Shown piece by piece: positions 24,572-35,463 of a stretch of 64,000 nucleotides of DNA. Numbering within the stretch: the first letter of the stretch is position 1; each line of letters opens with the position of its first letter. The stretch lies in contig OX597820.1 in assembly GCA_951406725.2 (NCBI GenBank), positions 19,096,001-19,160,000 of the forward strand. Reading direction: 5' to 3'. Below the pieces are notes generated by a model that did no database searches, had not been told where the DNA came from, and saw only the letters and a list, made by a program, of their open reading frames with translations. This stretch comes from Octopus vulgaris. Lineage: Eukaryota. A program made the position numbers and the translations under genes.

Positions 24572-24772
24572 AGCAGATTATATTTTCATCTCACCATTGC
24601 TCATGTTTTGAACACACAACGTTCTGTAAACATAAACATTAACAACTGACAGATGGAAGACTACAGTATTAATGTATTTGGGAGGGGATGAAGAAACCAG
24701 TGCTATTAGATGCGTGCGTTGTGTGCACCAACAGTTATATGTGCACAGGAGATGCTGCTTTACTTTGAGGTG
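24572..24772 (+). other. Candidate spliced exon (5' UTR or first coding exon) of an unidentified gene
   Basis: Acceptor CTTCTCTTGTCCTTGCAG| and donor GTG|GTAAGT around non-repetitive sequence. An ATG at 24672 stays open to the donor (MYLGGDEETSAIRCVRC...). No homology recognised. Confidence 0.4.
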
Positions 24773-24964
24773 GTAAGTTAGCAAAATTTTTGCACGTGTG
24801 TCTTGTTTTTTTTGTGTGTGTGTGTGATATGCTATGAGCACAAAGGACTACTACATCTTCGTGCGTCATCACGCATTTGGTTTTATTCAATGCTTACTGA
24901 TCAGTTTGACAGGAGCTTTTCTGTAACTCTTTGTGTGTGTGTGTGTGTGTGTGTTTGCATGTGG

Positions 24965-25360
24965 TAGAAGTGGCTGTGTGGTAAGAAGCTTGCTTACCAA
25001 CCACATGGTTCTGGGTTCAGTCCCACTGTGTGGCACCTTGGGCAAGTGTCTTCTACTATAACCTCAGGCCGACCAAAGCCTTGTGAGTGGATATGATAGA
25101 TGGAAACTGAAAGAAGCCGGTCGTGTATATATATATATATATGTATTTGTGTGTGTCTGTGTTTGTCTCCCCACTGTCTCTTGACAACCGATGTTGGTGT
25201 GTTTATGTCCTTGTATCTTATTTGTTTGGCAAAGGAGATCGATAGAATAAGTACTAGGCTTACAAAGAACAAGTTCTGGGGTCGCTTTGTTTTTTGTTTG
25301 ACTAAAGGCATTGCTCCAGCATGGCTGCACTCAAATAACTGAAACAAGTTAAAGAATAAA
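24965..25360 (+). mobile_element. SINE family B, full length
   Basis: Family B head and tail, tail-to-tail with 25555-25965. Confidence 0.85.
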
Positions 25361-25554
25361 TAAATACACACACACACACACACACACACACACTATATAT
25401 ATGTGTGTGTGTGTATGTGTGTGAGAAAATTAGTAGCTCCAGTTTTCTGTGTATATAAACAGATTGGCCAGTTGTTTTTTTTTCCTGAGATTGGCTGAGT
25501 GGTGGTGTAAACACCTGATAAGACCCCCAATGAAGGTCGAAACTTGATGAAGAC

Positions 25555-25763
25555 TCTTTTACTTGTTTCAGTCATTTGACTGCGGCCATGCTGGAGCACC
25601 ACCTTTAATTGACCAACTCGACCAGGGACTTATTCTTTTGTAAGCCCAGTACTTATTCTATTTGTCTCTTTTGCTGAACCGCTAAGTAACGGGGACATAA
25701 ACACACCAGCATCGGTTGTCAAGCAATGCTAGGGGGACAAACACAGACGCATAAACACACACA

Positions 25764-25805
<42 letters not shown>

Positions 25806-25965
25806 TACGACGGGCTTCTTTCAGTTTCCGTCTACCAAATCCATTCACAAGGCTTTGGTCAGCCCGAGGCTATAGTAGAAGACACTTGCCCAAGGTGCCA
25901 CGCCGTGGGACTGAACCTGGAACCATGTGGTTGGTAAACAAGCTACTTACCACACAGCCACTCCT
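25555..25965 (-). mobile_element. SINE family B, full length, young-looking
   Basis: Close reverse-complement match to 61585-61985. Confidence 0.85.
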
Positions 25966-26334
25966 GTTCATCTTTTTTTTATCTTTCTTTTTTCACTTTA
26001 TGGAGAAACAAGGAGATTTTCATGTTTGCATATCTACCTCATCATTTGGCAAAAATGAATTGTACCTGTTATTCAAAAGGGACCAACCTTGTCACTTTGT
26101 GTGTCCTACTGGATCTCCCTGAGAACTACGTTAAGGGTATGTGTGTTTGTGGAGTGCTCACTCACCTGCACACTAATTTCATGATCGGGTTCTGTTGATC
26201 GAATGAACTGACACCCTCATCGTCGTAACCACCAGAGTGCCAGTTATATATGTATGTATATACATATATATAGTTTTATTTCATACTGAGATAAAAAACC
26301 AAGGCTGTATAGATTTTAGAACATTTATAGATAG

Positions 26335-26382
26335 GTCTTACAGCTGTTTCTAGGATATTTATTATATCCCTTCATCGGAGAC
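26335..26382 (-). ncRNA. Minimal type I hammerhead ribozyme motif (U4C core variant)
   Basis: GUCU-CCGAUGA-AG-GGAUAU-AAUAA-AUAUCC-UA-GAAAC-AGCU-GUA-AGAC. Stem I GUCU/AGAC, palindromic stem III. Lies in a TA-flanked insert at about 26272-26605. Confidence 0.65.
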
Positions 26383-26764
26383 GGTGTGAGAAGATGTTTA
26401 AGCAATAGTTAATTTAGATAAAATACTAAATAGTGAGGTAGAGGAATGAAAATAGATGTGAGATATGCAGGGATATTGTATTTAATTGGACCCCTTATTC
26501 GCATAATCACCGAATCTGGAACTTAATTATGGTCTATCCATAGCATTTATTCAGCATTTCCTGGTACCTTTGGGTCTGACTGACACCATTACCTCTTATA
26601 ACCGATATATATATATATATATATAGTTAATCCAAACAAGAAAACACAAAAAAACACAACAACGCGAGGACGTGGAACAAATATAGTATTATTGGACGCT
26701 CAGGAAAGAAGGGAAGAAGATATATATATATATATCTTTATTTTCTATCTTCATTTTCTCTCTT

Positions 26765-26915
26765 TATTTTCTCTCCTTGTTTCTTTCTGTGTTCCTCTCT
26801 GTGGAAGAGCATAGGCTCGAAATGTTAAAGACTTTTTCACTTCCCAAACATTATACTAGTACATCTGTTGTCTACACCACCTGTCTTTGTCTTTTGTTTT
26901 TTGTGAATTCCCCCC
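26765..26915 (+). mobile_element. Penelope-like fragment with CUGUGGA hammerhead-like motif
   Basis: CTGTGGA-A-GAGC-ATAG-GCTC-GAAA. Homologous to 1333-1490 and 29060-29200. TA-flanked. Confidence 0.6.
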
Positions 26916-27880
26916 TATATATATATGTATGTATGTATACATACACAAACACACACACACACTCACATATAGTTTTTACATAGTTATAAACTATAGAAAT
27001 ATTTCTAGAAGTAGCTTGTACTGAAATAATTAGCAAGTGCTGAATAAGACCAAAATACATGATGATTCAGCAACCATCATCACCATCATCATAACCATCG
27101 TTTAATGTCCATTGTCCAAGCTAGTGTGCATTGGATGGATTGACCTAAGCTGGCAAGCTGGGGTCTGATTTAGCATGGTCGCTCTCTATGGCTGGATGCT
27201 CTTCCTGACGCCAACCACTTTACACAGTGTACAGGGTGCTTTTGTGTGGCTGTGCATGAGCACTCTATAACACAGCCCCGGCATAGGACCCTTGCAGGCT
27301 AGTGACATACTAATATGTGTGGATGTAGTAATATACGTGTTATGGCCTTTGAACCTTTTCCGTAAAGAAAGGGTTTGATTTTAAGAAATAACAGTAATAA
27401 CAGCAATAACGTTTAATAAATGTTGCTTACTGCAAGTTATGGATGATTCTTTTATGACTTCATTGCTCTCAGGCTTAGCTTAAAGTATTTTCGTGCCTGA
27501 CATCACAAAATGCGTCTGAATAAACATCGCCGGACAGCAAATAGAGACTCGGACATTGCTTAGAAAATATTTTTTATTTTTAACCTCGTGTATAATACGC
27601 ACTAGGGATTTTGACCTTTAAATTTTGGAAAAAAAATGCAGATTATACTCGAAGATTTATGGTAATTCATTTTGAGGACTTTGGTAGCAGGGCAGTTAGT
27701 TTGCAGAATTTCCCATTCCCCATGTTCCTGTTCTTCGGGGTTGATCATAGTTTGTATAGAAGCACTGTTTAGTATCACATATCTGCTGTTACCTATGGAT
27801 AATTTTTCTTTCTCTTCATAGTTTTACCTATGTCTCATGTATAAGCTGTATCTCAGCTTTTTTCTTTCTTACCAGTTAAA

Positions 27881-28271
27881 TCTATATATATACAGCTGAA
27901 ATTGTCTGTGTGTGGCAGGTTTGGTAGCCTTCAACTAACACTATCTCCTCCGAGACCCTGTGGTGCAAGTTGACCAAAATTGAGAGTATGATAGAAGAAG
28001 GTTTACTCTCCCTTCCGTAGAAGAAAAAATTCAAATCGGATCATGTTAACACCAAAAATTATTTACATCAAAAAGGTGCTTTTTTTCTATGAAAATCCCT
28101 ATTTTTTACGATTTTTTGACTGCTATGTTGCCATTTTTTTGGTGTATTTCAACCAGAAAAATGTTCACTTGAAGAGAATTACAAACTACATAATGCAAAA
28201 TTTTAACTTTTCAAAAGTTTCAATTCTAAAGGGTCGAAACAAACCCGAGCAACGCTGGGTGATACTGCTAG
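27881..28271 (+). mobile_element. Non-autonomous Helitron
   Basis: A|TC 5' end, subterminal hairpin CCCGAGCAACGCTGGG, CTAG|T 3' end, no TSD. Confidence 0.85.
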
Positions 28272-29196
28272 TTCAAGTATAAAGTTGTGCAACTTAAAAG
28301 ACAAAGTAAATACAGTAGATTTTTCCCTATGTGTTTGAGCTTAAAAGATTTTTTAAATGTCATTAAAATTAGATTAAAGTAATATTAAAATGATATTGAA
28401 AATGGAATTTATGACCTAAAAAGGAATACTTATCGATAATAACGAAGGCTGGTTTCACTTTTATTTTGTATTTCCCCACTCCCTCCCACACATACACACT
28501 TCAGTTCAAGATAATGATTATAATCAAGTAATGACTTTTCCACATTATTTCTGACTTCACATACTCATAAATAGTAGCTGCTACACTATCATTTTCATCC
28601 AAGTCCTATAATATTGAAGTTTGTTCATATGGTTAATGGTAAAATTAAATTCTAAATTGTATCTTTGAAATTTCAAATTTCACGAGTACGAGTCTTTGAT
28701 GATATGAATATATAAATACGAGGATTTTTTTTTTAGTGTATTATTGCGATATTTGTCGAATGAGATAAAATTAATATAAATGTTATTGATTTAGGTACAT
28801 TTTCGGGGTAAAGTATTTATTGATAAGTGTATTTATTTTGAAATAGAATCTCATACATTTCAGTTGAGTATAAATCACATGGCTTTTTTTTTTCTTTTTT
28901 AATATTTTTTATTTTATTGCCATTTTATGATTTAGTATGATTGACATACTCCATTCTGTGGTATATGGAGTTTACTTGTTTTTTCAATTCCCATATGTAT
29001 GAAGAGAGGAAAGTGTCTTTTCTTTATTGTTTACATTGCAGAAGGTTAGTCATATATATATTTTCTCTCCTTGTTTTTTCTGTGTCCCTTTCTGTAGAAG
29101 AGCGTGGGCTCAAAACATCAAAGACTTTTTCTATTCCTGAGCGTTATACTAATACATCTGTTTGTTTCTTCGTCTTTTGTTTTTTTCGTAAACTCT

Positions 29197-29235
<39 letters not shown>

Positions 29236-29240
<5 letters not shown>

Positions 29241-29613
29241 TATATAAAAGGGCTTAGTAAAATAAATTACTTTGCCGCATACTGAACTCATTAGAAATAG
29301 CAGCTAAAAAAAACTTTTTTAAAAAACTATTTCCAATACTTAAAGAAAACCTCTCTCATATAGTGTTTGCTCATATAGTGTTTGCTGAATTGAGCAAACA
29401 CTATATGAGAGGTTTTCTTTAAGTATTGGAAATAGTTTTTTAAAAAAGTTTTTTTAGCTGCTATTTCTAATGAGTTCAGTATGCGGCAAAGTAATTTATT
29501 TTACTAAGCCCTTTTATATAATGTAATAATTTGAATTCGCCTTAAATGGTCCCTTTGTATACTGAATACTTGGTGAAATTGATTAATTAATTAATTTTAC
29601 CCTCAATTGTTGA
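29236..29613. mobile_element. (TA)n-flanked element with a foldback palindrome of about 135-bp arms
   Basis: Arms 29236-29373 and 29391-29525, near-perfect with small indels. The loop repeats the adjacent arm sequence. Confidence 0.85.
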
Positions 29614-30217
29614 AATATATATATATATATATATATTCTGCAAGTGACTTAGTGACACCCTCAAAAGTACTGGTACCATTAAATCACATGTTTTTTTAAA
29701 AAATATCTTCTATTTCATTGCTATCTTATGATTTAGTATGATTGAGATACTCCATTGCTTATGTAATTAACCATTACATAAGCAAAAATTCAAAGCCACA
29801 AGATAATGCATGATAAATTCAAACCGAAGGGAATAAGTAAGCATTGCATTTGCCACAATAATCCGAATGCTAAAGGGTTAAATGACGCTGCCAACATCTT
29901 TTACTTGTTTTGGTCAATGGACTTTGGCCATAATAGCATAATATTAAACATTTATTTTAGGTAAAATATATTCTTTCCTGCTTTTAGTTATTTCAGTCAT
30001 TTGGCTGTCGCCATGCTGGAGCACCACCACCTTGTAGAGTTTTAGTCAAGCAAATAAACCCCAGGACATAGTTTTTTTTAAAGCCTAGTAGTTATTCTAA
30101 TAGTCTCGTTTGCCAAAGTGCTAAGTTACGGGGATGTGAACACACCAATACTGGTTGTGAAGCAGTGATGGTTGGTTGGGAGAGGGGGCAGATACAAAGA
30201 CACAGATATATACATAT

Positions 30218-30251
<34 letters not shown>

Positions 30252-30254
<3 letters not shown>

Positions 30255-30770
30255 GTGAAATAGAAAGATGAATAATCTTGTAGTAGATTAATCAAAAGTT
30301 TAACCGATACCTTAGTAGCAAAAATCACAGCAGTAAACAGCACGGTTGGAGGTACAACCATATGGTGTTGCAACCGTGCGTTGGTGCGGATAATTGAAAT
30401 TAAAACATTATTGGTGAATTGAAGAAATGGAGCTGAACGCAGATTGAACAGAAATCGTTTTATTTCATTCTACACGTGTTTCGAAAGGCACAAATTACCA
30501 AAATCCGATTGAATAATGGGACCATATTCTGTCTTTCTCTTCAGGAAGAAAATAGGAAATCCGTTGGAAAAACAAAAACAGTTGTTTTTGCTCCGCCTCT
30601 GTTCTGTTTTTGTTTTTCCAACGGATTTCCTATTTTCTTCCTGAAGAGAAAGACACAATATGGTCCCATTATTCAATCGGATTTTGGTAATTTGTGCCTT
30701 TCGAAACACGTGTAGAATGAAATAAAACGATTTCTGTTCAATCTGCGTTCAGCTCCATTTCTTCAATTCA

Positions 30771-30773
<3 letters not shown>
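30252..30773. mobile_element. (TA)n-flanked Penelope-like element with a 170-bp-arm palindrome containing a hammerhead
   Basis: Arms 30412-30581 and 30604-30773, one mismatch, 22-nt loop. Confidence 0.85.
30635..30720 (+). ncRNA. Type I hammerhead ribozyme with canonical core; mirror copy on the minus strand at 30465-30550
   Basis: UUC-CUGAAGA-GAAAGACACAA...UUGUGCCUUUC-GAAAC-ACGU-GUA-GAA. Predicted cleavage after A30714. Confidence 0.75.
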
Positions 30774-30817
<44 letters not shown>

Positions 30818-31879
30818 TATGCATACATACAGACATATATGTACGTACCTACATCTACATGTATATATACATGCATATATAAATAATTATACGTGAGTAC
30901 AGGACACCACAATAAGACGTAGAAACGGGAAAATCAAAAAAAAACAAAAAACAAGAAAACGAAAAAAACAAAATAAAAAAACAAAAAAAAACAGTTACAG
31001 GACGTGCTACACAAGGAAAAAAAACCCCGTCATCAGCTGTCGCTAGTAGAGTCAAGCATGTTTCGAAGGCAGAGACAGAACACTAATCCACTAGGCCTTC
31101 CTGCGAGAGAATTAAAATAAAATTCCAAGTAGCGGGGCAAAATGAGTACGAACACGAACAGGACGTAACAATAAAACTGCAAAAATAAAAATACTTGTAC
31201 AAAAAATACAAATAAATACAAAACGAGAAAATAAAAAGAGAATACGATACAGGAAATCAAACACACAAGAACACGAACGAAAATGTGTGTGTGTGATGGG
31301 CTTCTTTCAGTTTCCATCTACCAAATTCACTCACAAGGCTTTGGTCAGAAAACACTTGCCCAAAGTGCCACTCATTGGGACTGAACCTGGAACCATGTGG
31401 TTGGGAAGCAAGCTTCTTACCACACAGCCACACAACCTATATGTATTCAACTTGAATGTAAGGAGCTGATGCTGACTGCGTTTGTGCCAGCTTCCACAGA
31501 AATGTCACATGGCCGACATTTTGGTGGCATCACGGCACTTTAGCAGATATGAACATCATCTTCAGGCTTAAACCTTTTACATACCAAATTGCCTGAGAAC
31601 ACACCCCTGGTTCTAAGATACAAATTTCCTGTTTGTTAACGAACTAAATTAAAACCTTCAATCAAAATTTCATAGGCACAGGCATGGCTGTGTGGTAAGA
31701 TGCTTGCTTCCCAATCACATGCTTCTGGGTTCAATCCCACAGCATGGCAACTTGGGCAAGTGCCTTCTACTACAGCTTCAGGCTGACCAAAGCCTTGTGA
31801 GTGGATTTGGTAGATGGAAACTGGAAGAAGCCTGTTGTGTGTAATATATATATATATATACACATGCACACACATACAT

Positions 31880-32353
31880 CGGCTGGCCCCCGTGCCGGTG
31901 ACACGTAAAAGCACCGTCCGTTCGTGGCCGTTTGCCAGCTCTGTCTGGCCCCGTGTCGGTGGCACGTAAAAGCACCATCCGTTCGTGTCCGTTGCCAGCA
32001 TCGCCTGGCCCCGTGCCGGTGACACGTAAAAGCACCATCCGTTCGTGTCCGGTGCCAGTGACACGTAAAAGCACCATCCGTTCGTGTCCGTTGCCAGCCT
32101 CGCCTGGCCCCGTGCCGGTGACACGTAAAAGCACCATCCGTTCGTGGCCGTTCGCCAGCTCTGTCTGGCACCTGTGCAGGTGGCACATAAAAAACACCCA
32201 CTACACTCGCGGAGTGGTTGGCGTTAGGAAGGGTATCCAGCCGTAGAAACTCTGCCAGATCTGACTGGGCCTGACGAAGCCTTCCAGCTTCACAGACCCC
32301 AGTTGACCCGTCCAACCCATGCTAGCATGGAAAGCGGACGCTAAATGATGATG
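31880..32353 (+). mobile_element. RTE-clade 3' UTR with about five tandem units of up to about 59 bp
   Basis: Repeating GGTGACACGTAAAAGCACCATCCGTTCGTG units, then the shared RTE terminal region and a short (GAT)n. Confidence 0.8.
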
Positions 32354-32779
32354 AAATATATACATACACACACACACACACACATATTTATATGTATGTG
32401 TGTATGTATCATGTATATATATATATCTATGTGTATGTGTTTGTCCCTTCATCACCGCTTGACAACCAGTATTGGTGTGTTTATGTCCCTGAAACTTAGC
32501 GGGTTTGCAAAAAGACCGATAGATTAAGTACTAGGCTTAAAAAATAATAAATGTACATACATGATGGGCTTTTTCAGTTTCTGTCTCCCAAATTCACTCA
32601 CAAGGCTTAGGTTGACCTGCAGCTATAGTAGAAAAACTTGCCCAAGATGCCATGTTGTGAGACTAAACTTGAAACTGCAAGGCTGGAACGCTTACTTCCA
32701 AACCTCACAGTCATGCCTGTGCCTACCCACGCCTGCTCATATGCGTGGGTAGGCACCTAGAAGTTACGTTACTCCCAAT

Positions 32780-32825
<46 letters not shown>

Positions 32826-32826
32826 C

Positions 32827-32873
<47 letters not shown>

Positions 32874-32874
<1 letters not shown>

Positions 32875-33269
32875 TAGCAGTATCGCCCGGCGTTGCTCGG
32901 GTTTGTAAGGGAAATAACTATATAAGCATTTTTAGACAGTTATAGCCAAAAAATAGCTAAAAAATGCATTAAAAATGGAAAAAAGATTATGGTAAATTTT
33001 TTTTTAAATCGTTGACTCATCGTAGACATTTTTAGAGAGTTACTTCCCTTATATAATGGCAAAAAAATGCATTAAAATGGGAAAAAATGATGTTAAATTT
33101 TTTTTTTAAATCGTAGACTCATCGTAGACATGCGCTAATACCCAGAAGGGCTCGATATGAATTACGACTATAAGATACCCGGTTTTGGTTAAACTGCACC
33201 GCAAAATGTGGGAGTAGTTAGGAATGTAAATCGTAGGAGACAGACACACGACTTCACTTTTATATATAA

Positions 33270-33272
<3 letters not shown>
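32874..33272 (-). mobile_element. Non-autonomous Helitron inserted in (TA)n
   Basis: Minus strand A|TCTTTATATATAAAA 5' end and AAACCCGAGCAACGCCGGGCGATACTGCTAG|T 3' end. Confidence 0.85.
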
Positions 33273-33300
<28 letters not shown>

Positions 33301-33654
33301 CTGAAAATAAAAACCAGGAACTTCTCATATTTCTATGTATAAATTACTAAGTTAGAGGTTCTGTTTTTTTCTTTCTTTATAAAGCAACTGATTGTGAGAA
33401 CAAAAGCTCAGGTTCCATTGCTTATTTGGATGGTTTCTATTAAATGACCTCTTTAATTGCCACCACGCATGTGTGTGTGTCTGTATGTGTATGTTCTCAT
33501 GCACATTTGTCTGTCTGCATGCATGTGTGTGTGTGTGTGCATGTGCATGCGAGCGTAACTTAGAGAATTTGCTAATTAGAGATGACTGCTGGACGTGTGG
33601 CCAGATCATGACCAGCATGGTTTGAGGCAACGAGCTTGAAACAGATTAGAAATG

Positions 33655-33696
<42 letters not shown>

Positions 33697-34316
33697 GTAA
33701 TAATAATAATGATGATGATGATGATATAAAAACATTTAAGTACTCGGAAAAAGCGAGAGGAGAATACAAGATATATGAAAGATGGTGAAGGAGTCAGTGT
33801 GTGATATTAAAATATATTTAATTCCATTAAACTCAGTGAAACTGCTTAAGAAATGAAAAAAAATCTTTCCCTTTCTCCTTCCCTGCTTCCCTGCTCCCTG
33901 CAATTGAGGGTCAGTTGTTTTACGTCCCTCTTCCTAATCTTTAGAATTGTCACTCCAGTGTTTATGTGAATTCTTTAATTGTGTGGTATCATATACATGG
34001 AAGAATTACATGTTCATGGCTCCAGCACAGCAAGTAGTTCTCAGCATCCTTTCTAGAAGTATTTATATTTATTTTTCCCCTCGTCATTTTTGCTTTTCAT
34101 TTTACTGAGGTTGATAAAATGACTATCATTTGTGTAGAAGCAGGCACGGCTGTGTGATTAAGAAGTTTGCTTTATATCCAATCCCTGAGTTCCAGGTTCA
34201 GTCCTACTGTATGACACAACCCTTTCATTACTGTATTTATTTTGAGATGCTCTGTGCTTCTTTCAATTATTTTAAATATAACAAAGAATTTAGTAAATTA
34301 ACTTCGTTATCATTAA

Positions 34317-34534
34317 CCCATTCGTTACCAACCTGGCTGAAACTGGCCTTGGCTCTGAATATAAATGCCTTGTTTTCATAAGTTTTGAATTAAAATTTTC
34401 CACCAAACCTTAGTCACAATTTATGTTCCTAGCACTAGCTTAATGATAACTAAGTTATTTTACTAAATTCTTTGTTATATTTAAAGTAATTGAAAGAAGC
34501 AGAGAATAAATAAATAAATACAGTAACGAAAGGG
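34317..34534. mobile_element. Family G MITE inserted at an internal TTAA of an oppositely oriented family G copy (about 34220-34630)
   Basis: TTAA|CCC...GGG|TTAA. The outer copy reads GTTATCA-TTAA-GCTAGTGTTAGG across the insertion. Confidence 0.85.
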
Positions 34535-34880
34535 TTAAGCTAGTGTTAGGAACATAAATTGTGACTAAGTTTTGATGGAAGATTTTAATTCAAAACTTAA
34601 GAAAACAAGACATTTATACTAAAGAGCGAGAGTTTGACTCCCACTACTTAACAGCTGGTATTAGTTTGTTTACATCCCTATAATTTAATGATTTGACAAT
34701 AAGAAACTGACGGAATTAGTACCACAATAAATACTAAGGTTGATTTGTTCAGCTAAACCGTTCAAAGTAGTACCCCAGCATGGCCACAGTCCAATGAGTG
34801 AAGTGAATGCAATAGAAATGCAGCAGTGTTGTCTCTATCATTTTCTTTTATGCAATTTTATCCTAAACAAATACTGAGGC

Positions 34881-35463
34881 CTTTGTAGCATTAGGGGACA
34901 AGACTCCCACCCCAAACCACCCTTTCCAAAAAATTTTTTTTTTTCTGACACAAAACCCCATTTTTGGCTATGGAGAATACGAATATGCAAAAAAAAAAAA
35001 AAGGCAAAAATTTGACATTTCTAAAAAAACCCCCCCCCCCCCCTCCATTTCCTTCATTTTAAACTTCTTTCACAATTTTTTTTTAAATATGGGAAAAATA
35101 CAGAGATTATGATATTCCGAAAAAAATTTCTAAAAATCTTTGTAAAATTTTTTTTAAAGACTTTTTTTTTATATAAATATGTGGAAAAAATATGAACGTC
35201 ATAATTCGCACAAAAATTTCAAAACATTTCTGTACTTATGGTTATGGTTTTAGGGTAAGGGTTAGAGTTAGGGTTTAGGGTTAGTGTTGGGGAGAAAGTC
35301 AAAATTTAAGAAGTTGGGGTGGGGGAAGCGGGGGAAAAAAGTTCACAATGCTGGTTTTTGGCAATTTTCTGTAACCTCTGTATCCAAAAACAGGGATTTT
35401 TGGCAAAAAAAAAATTACAAAAATAAACAAAGGCTGAAGTCTTTCCCATTAGGGATTACAAAG
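34881..35463. mobile_element. Degenerate long-TIR element with internal TTAGGG-like repeats
   Basis: Imperfect ends CTTTGTA...AAGACT and AGTCTT...TACAAAG. GGGTTA-type repeats at about 35250-35284. Confidence 0.5.

Noticed and set aside
28870-29757. About 85-bp diverged direct repeats (28870-28955 and 29680-29757) as LTRs
   Set aside because: No TG...CA ends, PBS or PPT; more likely an old local duplication.
30470-30715. Near-identical 79-aa ORFs on both strands
   Set aside because: An artefact of the palindrome, with no protein features.
31880-32200. CRISPR-like repeat-spacer appearance
   Set aside because: The spacers are homologous to each other, the array lies in an RTE 3' UTR in animal DNA, and there are no cas genes.
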